A DNA stretch of 64,000 nt, taken from NCBI GenBank assembly GCA_038314665.1, contig GCA_038314665.1_3677.1; one strand, 5' to 3'. A model generated the notes under the pieces. The model had not been told where the DNA came from. It searched no databases and saw only the letters and a list, made by a program, of their open reading frames with translations. Within the stretch, counting starts at the first letter, position 1; every line of letters starts with the position of its first letter. A program made the translations under genes and the position numbers. This DNA is from a phage. Below are positions 1 to 8,809 of the stretch, one piece after another.

Positions 1-10
1 AAAAAAATTA

Positions 11-38
11 TTGACACGCTGCAAAATTAAAGTAAACT
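11..38 (+). promoter_or_regulatory. sigma70-like promoter (TTGACA-N16-TAAACT)
   Basis: TTGACA at 11-16, TAAACT at 33-38, followed by GC hairpin 49-67 and RBS before the ATG at 87. Confidence 0.5.
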
Positions 39-86
39 AGACACAAAAGGCGGGAATGTTTCCCGCCAACACAAAGGAAAAAGATC

Positions 87-482
87 ATGAATAAGAACGT
101 ACGCCGCATCATGAACGAACTGGCAAACGATGAAAAAATTATTGATATGCATTTGGTCAACATTTGCCGCCGTTGTGTAACATATAACAACCGCGCCGCA
201 AAAGCGCGTGAGATGAACGCAAAAGGCACCTTAAAGCCCTTTCAGGTGGTTGTAAAATCTATAGCTAATGCAGCAGGCCAGGCGCATGACCACAACAACG
301 AGAGCACTAATATTGATCCGTCTTACGTAATGAAACGGATCCGGACTTGCAAGAATAAAGAGCAGGTGTATAACGTCATAGATTGGCTGGACTCCATGGG
401 CGATGTGGTTTATAATAGGTTTTCTGCAGCTATCGAGATCCAGCTTGACAGACTGGACGGGAAAGTACTGAAAACTTACTGA
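87..482 (+). CDS. hypothetical early protein (131 aa)
   Basis: ORF with upstream promoter and AAAGGAAAAAG RBS; no recognisable domain. Confidence 0.6.
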   Translation: MNKNVRRIMNELANDEKIIDMHLVNICRRCVTYNNRAAKAREMNAKGTLKPFQVVVKSIANAAGQAHDHNNESTNIDPSYVMKRIRTCKNKEQVYNVIDWLDSMGDVVYNRFSAAIEIQLDRLDGKVLKTY

Positions 483-530
483 GTTTATTTTTAGATGGCC
501 TTGACTCCAGGGCCATCAATAAAGTAAACT
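483..530 (+). repeat. recurrent 48-bp intergenic element, copy 1 (palindrome GATGGCC-N10-GGCCATC around TTGACT, then TAAACT)
   Basis: near-identical copies at 1102-1149 and 4816-4866, degenerate copy at 1437-1487; each starts right after a stop codon. Confidence 0.7.
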
Positions 531-561
531 AACCACAGTTGAGCGGAAAGGGGGCTTAAAG

Positions 562-681
562 ATGAGTACTACACGCCAGCACACAAAGGTAACTATTATC
601 GTTTGCATCATTGGTTACATCCTGGCGCAAATGTTGATGGGTAGCGCCAACGGTATCGCAAAATTTTTCTTAAACTTTTAA
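562..681 (+). CDS. small hydrophobic peptide (39 aa)
   Basis: ATG at 562 after AAGGGGG RBS; hydrophobic core IIVCIIGYILAQMLMG; below the ORF-track size cutoff. Confidence 0.35.
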   Translation: MSTTRQHTKVTIIVCIIGYILAQMLMGSANGIAKFFLNF

Positions 682-709
682 TTGACAAGCTAACTTAGAT
701 CAGTATACT
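682..709 (+). promoter_or_regulatory. sigma70-like promoter (TTGACA-N16-TATACT)
   Basis: TTGACA 682-687, TATACT 704-709, hairpin GGGAAAACTTCCC and RBS before ATG 760. Confidence 0.6.
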
Positions 710-759
710 AAACACATAAACGGGAAAACTTCCCAGAACACACAAAAGGAGAAAACACC

Positions 760-1101
760 ATGACTACTATGACCGCCGCAGAAAAAGCTATGCAGATCGC
801 CGCGCTGAAAAAACAGATCGCAGACCTTGAGAACAAGATCGATAACTTTGAAATCGACGAGGACAAGTACGACGAAAACTATGATGAATGGTTAGACGAG
901 ATCTACGGCGAAATTATGATCGGAAACATTTCTTTTCTTCCGTCGCGTATCCTCAAGGAGCTAGATCCTATCGCTTACCGCTGCGGATTTAGCGACTACA
1001 TCGACAGCCTGGATATTGAGGACGATGAAGAATACCAGGAATTGCAGACAGAGCTTGAAGAAGTGAAAGAAGAGCTTTCAGAGCTGGAAGAAAACGAGTA
1101 A
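760..1101 (+). CDS. hypothetical highly acidic early protein (113 aa)
   Basis: ORF with RBS AAAGGAGAAAAC; Asp/Glu-rich, coiled-coil-like N-terminus. Confidence 0.6.
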   Translation: MTTMTAAEKAMQIAALKKQIADLENKIDNFEIDEDKYDENYDEWLDEIYGEIMIGNISFLPSRILKELDPIAYRCGFSDYIDSLDIEDDEEYQELQTELEEVKEELSELEENE

Positions 1102-1149
1102 ATTTATTTTTAGATGGCCTTGACTCCAGGGCCATCAATAAAGTAAACT
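1102..1149 (+). repeat. recurrent 48-bp intergenic element, copy 2
   Basis: AATTTATTTTTAGATGGCCTTGACTCCAGGGCCATCAATAAAGTAAACT. Confidence 0.7.
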
Positions 1150-1190
1150 TTATACCGTTAACACTGAACTAATACAGAGGAGTTAAAACC

Positions 1191-1436
1191 ATGGCAGCAC
1201 TAATCACCAAATATTACGCCCCTACCAACACCAAAAGCGCCCGTATCATGGTAAAAGGCTTCGGACGTAAAAAGGTTTACACCTGGGATTATTCCCTAGA
1301 CATGGAAGACAACTACACCAACGCGATGACCGATTTTATTAATGAACTAAATAAGCAGATCTTGACAAATTATAAAGTGACAGATATTGCTTATATAGGT
1401 GAAGGCGGGATCTGTTTTGTAGGCATTGTGAAATAG
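1191..1436 (+). CDS. hypothetical protein (81 aa)
   Basis: ORF with GAGGAG RBS. Confidence 0.55.
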   Translation: MAALITKYYAPTNTKSARIMVKGFGRKKVYTWDYSLDMEDNYTNAMTDFINELNKQILTNYKVTDIAYIGEGGICFVGIVK

Positions 1437-1487
1437 TTATTTTTTCGGTGGCCCTGGCTGCAGGACCATCTATAAAGATAATTTACT
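1437..1487 (+). repeat. degenerate copy of the recurrent intergenic element
   Basis: TTATTTTTTCGGTGGCCCTGGCTGCAGGACCATCTATAAAGATAATTTACT; same position after a stop codon, palindrome altered. Confidence 0.45.
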
Positions 1488-1511
1488 AACACCATGAAAG
1501 GAGAAAGTAAC

Positions 1512-1865
1512 ATGATCAGCGGGGCTAGTTTTATTATTGGCGCTATTGCTACGGCTTTAATTGTAAACAAGATCCAGGATAAAAAGGAAAGAGGAAGTAC
1601 CGCCCTTGCAGAATATCCATTTTGGACATTCAACGATAACGAAGATTATATTATAAAGTATAAAAATAAAGAAGGTGACCAAGTAACACCGCGACCGATC
1701 CCGGCTTACAAGATGCAGGAAACACTATACCGCCTGGAAGCGGGTGGCGCAAAAATTGTAGACTTTTGGGGATACGATCACACAGATCAGGAAGCTATAA
1801 AGCGACGTATCAGGGCTATTCAGGCCAATATTGAAGTTAGCAAGGGGGGAATATATGAAGATTAA
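1512..1865 (+). CDS. hypothetical protein with N-terminal transmembrane segment (117 aa)
   Basis: start moved to the ATG at 1512, which has an AAAGGAGA RBS 7 nt upstream (ORF track starts at 1494); N-terminus ISGASFIIGAIATALIV. Confidence 0.5.
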   Translation: MISGASFIIGAIATALIVNKIQDKKERGSTALAEYPFWTFNDNEDYIIKYKNKEGDQVTPRPIPAYKMQETLYRLEAGGAKIVDFWGYDHTDQEAIKRRIRAIQANIEVSKGGIYED

Positions 1866-2052
1866 TTTTGAGAAAATTGTAAAGCGATCTCATGATTCCG
1901 AAGAGCTGCCGGAACGCCGCCAGCGTAACAATAAACTGAATAAGCCAAAAAGATTTGGGAAGATCTGGCGGAATCATTATGATCGTAAATTGCCGGGCCT
2001 CCTTTTGGAACGTGAACGGCAGGCGGAACGATACCGCCACAAAGGCAACTAA
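1855..2052 (+). CDS. hypothetical basic protein (65 aa)
   Basis: ATG at 1855 after GGGGGGAA; ORF track gives a TTG start at 1831; followed by a terminator. Confidence 0.4.
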   Translation: MKINFEKIVKRSHDSEELPERRQRNNKLNKPKRFGKIWRNHYDRKLPGLLLERERQAERYRHKGN

Positions 2053-2062
2053 CAACCACAAC

Positions 2063-2091
2063 GCCCCGCCATCGTGCGGGGCTTTTTATTT
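2063..2091 (+). terminator. rho-independent terminator
   Basis: GCCCCGCC-ATCGT-GCGGGGC hairpin followed by TTTTTATTT. Confidence 0.7.
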
Positions 2092-2212
2092 CTACCGTAC
2101 GAATAGCGCCCCTGGTTGGCCCCACAACGCCCTAAAAGCCCCCTACCCATGCAATCCCATTTCTTAACCTGAAAACATCGTCAAAGGCTGTTTTAAAGCG
2201 TTAAAAATATTG

Positions 2213-2240
2213 TTGACATCTAAAATATTCTAGATATACT
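2213..2240 (+). promoter_or_regulatory. sigma70-like promoter (TTGACA-N16-TATACT)
   Basis: hexamers at 2213-2218 and 2235-2240, upstream of the CDS at 2276. Confidence 0.6.
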
Positions 2241-2275
2241 AATCACATCAAAGCGAGAAGTAAGGAGTAAACGAC

Positions 2276-2536
2276 ATGCGTAAATTGAAAAATTTTGATA
2301 AAGTCGATGTTGTCCTAAATAGTTTTTACTACTGCAATAATAAAGCCGTTTGGTGGCGTGATAGTTCCACCGATAAGGTTAAGGCGCGCTTTCTCCAGGG
2401 GCACTGGCAAGGCCGCCCAGTGATTAAAATCATGGGGCAATTGGTAGCGTTTAAAAATTGCCGCCGTGTTGATGACGTTGAGGAGATTTTAAACATTTTG
2501 CGCCACAATAATTTAAAAAATAGTGTTGACAAGTAA
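2276..2536 (+). CDS. hypothetical protein (86 aa)
   Basis: ORF with AAGGAG RBS. Confidence 0.55.
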   Translation: MRKLKNFDKVDVVLNSFYYCNNKAVWWRDSSTDKVKARFLQGHWQGRPVIKIMGQLVAFKNCRRVDDVEEILNILRHNNLKNSVDK

Positions 2537-2553
2537 ATCTCAATAAGTATAAT
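2526..2553 (+). promoter_or_regulatory. sigma70-like promoter (TTGACA-N16-TATAAT)
   Basis: consensus hexamers; followed by hairpin GGCGGGAAAACTTCCCGCC (2564-2582) and RBS. Confidence 0.65.
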
Positions 2554-2610
2554 TAAACACACAGGCGGGAAAACTTCCCGCCACTAACAAAGAAAACAGG
2601 AGAAAATATC

Positions 2611-3234
2611 ATGACCACCGTTAACATTACCACAGGTTACAATTTATCTTTCGACGTGCTGACCGACGAACAAAAAGAAAAAGCCATTGAAATGGTCCGC
2701 GAAAGAGAAGAACACAGCGGGGATGACTTTTTTGCAGAAAGTGTAATTGAACACTACAAAGAACAAGTTTTTCCAGAGTACGGCCTTGAAGATACCGAAG
2801 TACGTTGGTCCGGCTTTTGGTGCCAGGGTGACGGCGCGTCAATCAGTGCTGAAAACGTGGATTTAGAAAAATTCTTGCGTAAAGTCAAGGCCCTGACCAA
2901 GTTCCGATCAATTCGTCACTTGTTCGGTACAATGCGCGATGGCGAACTATCAGCCAGTGTTGAACGTATCCCGTTTAGCCATTATCACCACGAAAACACA
3001 ATAGGAGGGTGCATCGATACTAATTGGCTAGACCTGACCACCAAGCAAGAGGACAAAGTTGAAGAGCTGGAAGAGCTGATCACCGAGACGGTACGGGAGC
3101 TATCCCGCAAGGTTTACGTAGACCTGGAGGAGGCCTATCTAGAACAGTTCACTACCGAAAACCTGATCGGCCTTATTGAGGCCAATGATTGGCGGTTTGA
3201 TGTGGATGAATATGGGGAGATGAGTTTTTCATAA
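2611..3234 (+). CDS. hypothetical acidic protein (207 aa)
   Basis: ORF with RBS ACAGGAGAAAA; acidic; no confident family assignment. Confidence 0.6.
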   Translation: MTTVNITTGYNLSFDVLTDEQKEKAIEMVREREEHSGDDFFAESVIEHYKEQVFPEYGLEDTEVRWSGFWCQGDGASISAENVDLEKFLRKVKALTKFRSIRHLFGTMRDGELSASVERIPFSHYHHENTIGGCIDTNWLDLTTKQEDKVEELEELITETVRELSRKVYVDLEEAYLEQFTTENLIGLIEANDWRFDVDEYGEMSFS

Positions 3235-3241
3235 ATAAAGT

Positions 3242-3269
3242 GTTGCAATAATCTAAAAACCTGCTATAT
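3242..3269 (+). promoter_or_regulatory. sigma70-like promoter (TTGCAA-N16-TATATT)
   Basis: followed by hairpin GGGGCAAACGTCTTGCCCC and RBS. Confidence 0.5.
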
Positions 3270-3323
3270 TAAAAACTCAAGGGGCAAACGTCTTGCCCCA
3301 CACAAAACAAAGAGGATAACATC

Positions 3324-3704
3324 ATGAAAAACACTACCAAGGCTATTGACACCGTTATGTTTAACCTGGTTACATTCCGTGAAGATATGAAAGATCTTCC
3401 GCGTGAAACAGTGTGCGACCATATCGAAAACTATCGCAAACTGATCAAAGAGTTGCCTTTAAAACGTGATCAATATGCGGCTAACGCCATGCTTAATGCC
3501 ATGATCAAAAAGATGATCCAGTGTGATTTAACTCTGGCCTATGACTATGCGGGTGGTCGTTTTGCAGTATACAATCAGCCCGTGCCCGGTATGGGCACCA
3601 CCGAAGAATTGCACGCGCTCAATCTAAAACAAGACGTGTGGGATAGTATGCCCCGCGTGGTGGTGTGGGCAGAAAGCGGAAAGATTTACGGCGATAATTT
3701 TTAA
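3324..3704 (+). CDS. hypothetical protein (126 aa)
   Basis: ORF with AAGAGGA RBS. Confidence 0.6.
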   Translation: MKNTTKAIDTVMFNLVTFREDMKDLPRETVCDHIENYRKLIKELPLKRDQYAANAMLNAMIKKMIQCDLTLAYDYAGGRFAVYNQPVPGMGTTEELHALNLKQDVWDSMPRVVVWAESGKIYGDNF

Positions 3705-3768
3705 TCAGGTAACAGGCGGCATATTTGCCGCCTTATTGTTAAACAGAACTGCAAAAGAGGTACATAGA

Positions 3769-4140
3769 ATGGAATTTATTATTTTGGCTGTATTGGTTGC
3801 CTTGTTTAACGCCTGGATCGCTGGCAAGATGGGCAGGTCCGCCTTTTTATGGTTTATTATATCTATTTTCCTGGGGGTGGTTGCAACTATTGTATTGGTT
3901 ATCCTTGCAATTGTTGACAAGGGGAATAATAGAAAGGGTAAAGTATTTTCAGACCTGTACGACGCTCAAACGTTTGTCAACGCCTATTATAGTGATCTTC
4001 CAGTCTCCCTACGCTGCAGCCTGGCACAACAGGTTTTTGATGAGGCTAAAACCAGAGATCAAGCCCATGAGATATGTTTAACTGAGGCGGATCGCCTATT
4101 TGAGAGGAATAGAAAATATGTGGGCCAACCGTTTAAATAA
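3769..4140 (+). CDS. small membrane protein, two predicted TM helices (123 aa)
   Basis: start taken at the ATG with AGAGG RBS (MEFIILAVLVALF...); ORF track begins at 3736. Confidence 0.5.
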   Translation: MEFIILAVLVALFNAWIAGKMGRSAFLWFIISIFLGVVATIVLVILAIVDKGNNRKGKVFSDLYDAQTFVNAYYSDLPVSLRCSLAQQVFDEAKTRDQAHEICLTEADRLFERNRKYVGQPFK

Positions 4141-4363
4141 TGCCACGTTAATTAATCCCTTTAGTGAAGATTTGAAGCCAGCCGCCTGGCGTGACGGATT
4201 CAATAACGAACGCTTTATTTTCAGGCCTGATCTTGAGGAATTTTATAACAATGGATCGAACAACAGCGGAGATAATTTTTCTTGTGGTGTGTGTCGTGAT
4301 AGGACTCCTGGGGGCCATTGTAAACCACGTCACTACTACCAGAAGGAAAGGGGGAGACGATGA
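4118..4363 (+). CDS. hypothetical Asn-rich protein (81 aa), frame uncertain
   Basis: ATG after GAGAGGAATAG; an alternative overlapping frame (4251-4376) encodes a TM peptide; cannot be resolved by eye. Confidence 0.3.
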   Translation: MWANRLNNATLINPFSEDLKPAAWRDGFNNERFIFRPDLEEFYNNGSNNSGDNFSCGVCRDRTPGGHCKPRHYYQKERGRR

Positions 4364-4479
4364 CAACCAAGGATAAGCCCAGCACCGATAAGGTGCGCCG
4401 GGTTATGGTATGGCTGGAGATCATCGCCCTTGAAATATTGTTAGGCGTAGGGATGTACTTTATCGCTGTAAGTAACTAA
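4360..4479 (+). CDS. small membrane peptide (39 aa)
   Basis: ATG after AGGAAAGGGGGAG; hydrophobic WLEIIALEILLGVGMYFIAV; followed by a terminator. Confidence 0.4.
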   Translation: MTTKDKPSTDKVRRVMVWLEIIALEILLGVGMYFIAVSN

Positions 4480-4484
4480 GAACG

Positions 4485-4512
4485 GCCCCCGATCATGGGG
4501 GCTTATCTTTTT
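4485..4512 (+). terminator. rho-independent terminator
   Basis: GCCCCCGATCATGGGGGC hairpin followed by TTATCTTTTT. Confidence 0.7.
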
Positions 4513-4614
4513 AAAAATTTTTCTTCCGTGGTGTTGCAATCCGGTCCGGAATGTGGATAATAACAATCAACGGGGAGCTAATCCCCACCACAAAAACCAG
4601 AAAGGAGAAACAAA

Positions 4615-4815
4615 ATGAGCAACAATATCCGCGTTATTAACTTCAAAAAAGAAGAAAAAATTGCCGTGCTGATTGACGGTCAAGAAATCTTCAAGGGCGA
4701 CTATGAAGATCATCAAACGGCGATTAGTATCACTCGCGTGATTGGTTACCATAATTTTTACCCCCAAGGCGCTGAGGCAGCGGTTAAACGAATCAAAGAG
4801 ATTGTAGGCCTGTAA
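4615..4815 (+). CDS. hypothetical protein (66 aa)
   Basis: ORF with AAAGGAGAAAC RBS. Confidence 0.55.
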   Translation: MSNNIRVINFKKEEKIAVLIDGQEIFKGDYEDHQTAISITRVIGYHNFYPQGAEAAVKRIKEIVGL

Positions 4816-4866
4816 AATTTATTTTTAGATGGCCTTGACTCCAGGGCCATCAATAAAGTAAATTTA
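4816..4866 (+). repeat. recurrent 48-bp intergenic element, copy 4
   Basis: AATTTATTTTTAGATGGCCTTGACTCCAGGGCCATCAATAAAGTAAAT. Confidence 0.7.
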
Positions 4867-4899
4867 AACCCTGTTAAAATACCACGCAGTTAACAAGGA

Positions 4900-5208
4900 G
4901 TGATAGACATGTTTATCCAGGCTAATAATCTTTATTTCTTTGATGGTCAGATCGTAGATGGTGTGGAAGTGGAGATCACCGGGTGCCCTGGCGGTCAGGC
5001 TATGACTTTTCGGAATAATGCCTTTAATGATTCTCATATCGTTATGAGAATGGAAGTTACGAAGCTGGATGACAAGAAAACACTTATTGACTATTCTGTG
5101 AAAGATCATCCAGACTACCACATGATCTATGGTGATTTGTGCATTGTTGACCGTGACAAGGTGAGCGGCATTGTGATCGCTATTGTGAACGATGTTTTCT
5201 CAAACTAA
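4900..5208 (+). CDS. hypothetical protein (102 aa)
   Basis: ORF with AAGGAG RBS. Confidence 0.55.
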   Translation: MIDMFIQANNLYFFDGQIVDGVEVEITGCPGGQAMTFRNNAFNDSHIVMRMEVTKLDDKKTLIDYSVKDHPDYHMIYGDLCIVDRDKVSGIVIAIVNDVFSN

Positions 5209-5225
5209 TTTCAACAGGTGATTTT

Positions 5226-5576
5226 ATGAAAGTTAAATTATATTACCTTAATGAGCTTAACCCCCTTGCCCAGGTCCACGCCCTAGCTAATACCTTGATT
5301 TGTGAGAAATCTGTATATTGTGTTGAGCTTAACGCCATGCGTGAACGTCTCAAAGGTGGTTACTTTAACATCCATGCTGCAATCAACGGCCTGAATATGG
5401 AATTTATCCGTTTACGTAACAGCCGCCGGAATCTGGCAAGAATGGAACAAGATCCGGCCCACCTTCGTAAGCTGGTTATTGAAAATCATCTGATGTTTAA
5501 TGCCGAGGGTGATTATTACCATTTTCACCGCAAACGCTGGTACCGTGGCGGCAATACAGGCAAGAATGCAAAATAA
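5226..5576 (+). CDS. hypothetical basic protein (116 aa)
   Basis: ORF 18 nt after the previous stop. Confidence 0.5.
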   Translation: MKVKLYYLNELNPLAQVHALANTLICEKSVYCVELNAMRERLKGGYFNIHAAINGLNMEFIRLRNSRRNLARMEQDPAHLRKLVIENHLMFNAEGDYYHFHRKRWYRGGNTGKNAK

Positions 5577-5613
5577 GGCCCCAGGCAGGGCCTACAGCGA
5601 CCTAAACACTAGC

Positions 5614-5645
5614 AGGCTATGCGATTGCATAGCCTTTATTGTTTT
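5614..5645 (+). terminator. rho-independent terminator
   Basis: AGGCTATGC-GATT-GCATAGCCT hairpin followed by TTATTGTTTT. Confidence 0.6.
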
Positions 5646-5777
5646 GACGTTACAACGGCCCTAAGGCGCTTAAAAAATTTTTAAAGAAGTACTTGCATCA
5701 TTCCCGACAATATGGATAATAAGAGTTGTCGAGGGGGAGGCCCCCAATCATTGACCAGATAGATAGGAGTTAAAATC

Positions 5778-6062
5778 ATGGCTATTGTTACCGCTGGCGA
5801 TGTAGTAGAAATGGAAGCAAAATACTTAAAAGCGGGTATGCATATCCTACGGAATGATCAAGAGTTATTATTAACGATGGTTGACTATAATCCCGGCCAG
5901 GATTATCCAAGCATCGACTACTTTTTTGAGTATGTTAATGAAGAGTTGAAAGAGGATGAGGCCTACTGCGGTGAGTTCTGCAACTTCTTTTGTCCTGATG
6001 AGGTTGTAAAGGTTATTTATCAACCTGGCGTAGCTTTCCCGCTGCACGCTATCAATAAATAA
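5778..6062 (+). CDS. hypothetical protein (94 aa)
   Basis: ORF with TAGGAG RBS; promoter-like TTGCAT...TATGGATAAT upstream. Confidence 0.55.
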   Translation: MAIVTAGDVVEMEAKYLKAGMHILRNDQELLLTMVDYNPGQDYPSIDYFFEYVNEELKEDEAYCGEFCNFFCPDEVVKVIYQPGVAFPLHAINK

Positions 6063-6126
6063 ACCTGGCGGGGCCGAAAAGGCCCCTACAGCATAAAATT
6101 ATGAAAGTAAAGAGAGGTAAATCATC

Positions 6127-6360
6127 ATGATGGAACAAATTAAACGCACCGAGGCTATTAATGGCAATGTGATCTATTTTGTTAGCAATAACGAGAAAGG
6201 CGTACCATATGCGGCGGTAATAGTACAGCCTGACGGTGATTATTGGTTTACTGTATACGGATCTTATTCTTTCGGGCGTCCGGTGCATGATAGAATTTTG
6301 AAAGTAGCGAACCCTACCGGGAAGAATATCACAGCAGAAAAATTTTTTGAAAATAGTTGA
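6127..6360 (+). CDS. hypothetical protein (77 aa)
   Basis: ORF with AGAGAGG RBS. Confidence 0.5.
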   Translation: MMEQIKRTEAINGNVIYFVSNNEKGVPYAAVIVQPDGDYWFTVYGSYSFGRPVHDRILKVANPTGKNITAEKFFENS

Positions 6361-6384
6361 CATGACCATATAAAACTGTAATAT
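6357..6384 (+). promoter_or_regulatory. sigma70-like promoter (TTGACA-N16-TAATAT)
   Basis: followed by hairpin GGGGCCCAAGCCCC and RBS before the ATG at 6436. Confidence 0.55.
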
Positions 6385-6435
6385 ATAAATCAAAGAGGGG
6401 CCCAAGCCCCACCAACCACAAAGAGGATAAAAATC

Positions 6436-6615
6436 ATGGCTATTATTGCAAAGACCGAGATCGTAGGCTTAGATTCTATTCTCCTCGCATATGAGGAAGC
6501 TATAGAAATGTATGTGGTTTCCTATGGTGAGTATATCCGTGAATATGAATCTATTGATCTAGCTTTTGAATGTTATATTCGCCAGGTTAATAAAGCGTAC
6601 GATGATTATCGTTAA
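6436..6615 (+). CDS. hypothetical protein (59 aa)
   Basis: ATG at 6436 with the same leader architecture (CACAAAGAGGATAAAAATC-ATG); below the ORF-track cutoff. Confidence 0.5.
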   Translation: MAIIAKTEIVGLDSILLAYEEAIEMYVVSYGEYIREYESIDLAFECYIRQVNKAYDDYR

Positions 6616-6707
6616 AATAGTTTGACAACAAACAACCATCTAACAAAGCATAATACATAAGGTGGTAGAATGATCCGCCACCCCGGAACAAAGAAGAGGT
6701 AAACACC

Positions 6708-6953
6708 ATGAAAAGCAATAAAGGTTATAACGGTTACAAAAACAAAACTCATTGGAATGTAAGCCTTTGGATTAATAACGATGAGTCATTGTACCGGTTG
6801 GCCCAAGGCTTTATTAACGCTAATGCTAATCGTAATGATGCGGCGCGGGATATGATGCTTTTTCTGGAGCTAACCGGACAAGATAAGACCCCGGACGGCT
6901 TCAAGTACAGCACTACGGCGATCCGTGCCGCGATGGTTGGAATGAAACACTAA
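6708..6953 (+). CDS. hypothetical protein (81 aa)
   Basis: ORF with promoter TTGACA...CATAAT, hairpin GGTGG...CCACC and RBS. Confidence 0.55.
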   Translation: MKSNKGYNGYKNKTHWNVSLWINNDESLYRLAQGFINANANRNDAARDMMLFLELTGQDKTPDGFKYSTTAIRAAMVGMKH

Positions 6954-7144
6954 AAGCACATAGCCGCCTTACCCTGGGGCTGTGGTAGCGGCCCCATGAA
7001 TAAGGTTACTAACAGAAGAGAATAAACACCATAAAACAGAAATTAATCGATGCAGTGATCTTGATTATTGCCCTGGGTATTGGCCTGATTGCAACCATGT
7101 CTAATATGATCTTGTCTTCCAACGGTATCGGGTGAGGTTGGCAA

Positions 7145-7360
7145 ATGATCACTAACAAAACGGGCAAAACAGAATTTTTACGCAACTTACAGATCGGCAA
7201 GCCTGAGATCTGGTACTGCACTAAAACACCGCGTGACGAAATGAAAGACTTCACCGCCACGCTGCAACGGGTAAAGATATCTATCACGCAGAAAAAGGCC
7301 TTACTAGTGGTGGAAGGGGAGATCCCCCAAACCGTTGTTATAGTTGAGCGTACAGCATAG
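7145..7360 (+). CDS. hypothetical protein (71 aa)
   Basis: ORF only; weak RBS. Confidence 0.4.
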   Translation: MITNKTGKTEFLRNLQIGKPEIWYCTKTPRDEMKDFTATLQRVKISITQKKALLVVEGEIPQTVVIVERTA

Positions 7361-7451
7361 TTTAATTTATACCGATACCCGAAAATTAACCAACAAATCA
7401 TAAACAGGCGGTTACCGCCGCCTTAAACGTAGCAGAAAGAGGATAGACACA

Positions 7452-7742
7452 ATGAAAAAGATGATCGCAGTGGTTGCCCTGGTTGTTGGACTTAGTGCGC
7501 CTGCAATGGCTAATGAGCTGGCAAAAGAGGTTAATCTAACGGATATTCATGCCGTCAATCGAATCGGGGTTACTTATCGCTTATGCCTTGCCACTAAAAC
7601 TTTTAATGACGGTACAACAGAGTACTACGGATTCGAGGGTATCCGGTGCGGTGAACTTGCTCGCGACCTTAAGGAAGATCCAGACCTGGAAGATTTGCCG
7701 ATGACGGTAAACGGTAAAGCTTACGTAAACCGCCAACAATAA
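7452..7742 (+). CDS. small secreted protein with Sec-type signal peptide (96 aa)
   Basis: MKKMIAVVALVVGLSAPAMA-NE signal peptide; RBS AGAAAGAGGA. Confidence 0.6.
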   Translation: MKKMIAVVALVVGLSAPAMANELAKEVNLTDIHAVNRIGVTYRLCLATKTFNDGTTEYYGFEGIRCGELARDLKEDPDLEDLPMTVNGKAYVNRQQ

Positions 7743-7758
7743 GTAAGGGCGATGTAAA

Positions 7759-7950
7759 ATGAATACTGAACAAGTTAGAAAGGTATTGGCGGTACTGCGT
7801 TATCATAATCATAAAAAGGTGATAGACGATCCTGATTATGTAGATTCCAGCCTGGAAGAAGACACGCTACAAGCTATAGGCCATATGCAAGAATTGCTTA
7901 AACGCATGACAGAGAAAAACCGACCGGACTACATAGGGGGTAAAATATGA
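7759..7950 (+). CDS. hypothetical protein (63 aa)
   Basis: ORF with RBS. Confidence 0.5.
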   Translation: MNTEQVRKVLAVLRYHNHKKVIDDPDYVDSSLEEDTLQAIGHMQELLKRMTEKNRPDYIGGKI

Positions 7951-8258
7951 TCGCTATTACGCCAACCGTTTTAGATTGGTATCGGCAACGCATAGCGCCT
8001 CCACTGGCTATCTTCAAAGATGCGGAAGCAAAACAACGCCGGATCTCAATACATGAGATCATCAACCTTAACGCTGGAGGCACACCATACCGCCCAGGAC
8101 CTGGCCGTGAGATGGACAATACATTGGCGATCCTGAAGATACGCCGTAAACGGTCCTCCCTTACGCTGGATTCATTACACACAATGCAGTCTCCGTTCCA
8201 GGTGACTGGGAAACGGATCGCCAGGTCCTGGACAAAGGCCAATGACCGGACCGTATAA
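7947..8258 (+). CDS. hypothetical protein (103 aa)
   Basis: ATGA start/stop overlap with the upstream ORF. Confidence 0.5.
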   Translation: MIAITPTVLDWYRQRIAPPLAIFKDAEAKQRRISIHEIINLNAGGTPYRPGPGREMDNTLAILKIRRKRSSLTLDSLHTMQSPFQVTGKRIARSWTKANDRTV

Positions 8259-8476
8259 ATAAAAAGTGTTTTGGTACTGATTTTGGGGTTGACTTGTTCG
8301 GCCCCTTTTGCTATTCTTATTAAACGGGCGGCACTTGGAAACAGGTGGAGACAATCACCGGGCCTGCCTGTCATATAAGAACTATAAAAACCGTTGACAT
8401 CTGCCATGGGGTGGGGTAACATTTATCTTGAAGGGGCAAAGGTGCCCACACAACAACCAGAAGAGAGGAAAACACT

Positions 8477-8749
8477 ATGTCAAGCTGGATTAATCAAGAA
8501 GTCGAATCACGTTTTAATGCTATTTGGGATCTCATCGAAAAAGAAGACGGCACATCAAGCCCCTACCTCAACAATTTGGAATTCCATTTTGTGGAAGCGA
8601 TGAACGCAGAACATGATCACGAAGGTGGTGCGGACGAGTTCGCTAAAGGGTATGGCTTCAACAATGCCAACGAAATGATCGAGGCGGTTGTACTCCAGGC
8701 TGAGGAAGATTATCAATTAAAAACGCTTGAATTCTGCCGCCGTAAGTAA
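8477..8749 (+). CDS. hypothetical acidic protein (90 aa)
   Basis: promoter TTGACA (8395) and RBS AGAGAGGAAAAC; preferred over the overlapping ORF 8394-8603. Confidence 0.55.
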   Translation: MSSWINQEVESRFNAIWDLIEKEDGTSSPYLNNLEFHFVEAMNAEHDHEGGADEFAKGYGFNNANEMIEAVVLQAEEDYQLKTLEFCRRK

Positions 8750-8809
8750 TAAGATAATGACACGGGCCGGGAGGCCCACTAATCAGAACCACACAAAGAG
8801 GTAAACATC

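Noticed and set aside
4191-4376. 61-aa ORF (MTDSITNALF...) from the ORF track
   Set aside because: It overlaps two alternative frames; the extended N-terminus lacks an RBS; only the internal TM peptide or the 4118 frame is plausible, and I could not decide between them
8394-8603. 69-aa ORF overlapping the promoter at 8395
   Set aside because: It starts inside the promoter hexamers; the overlapping ORF at 8477 has the conserved leader and RBS
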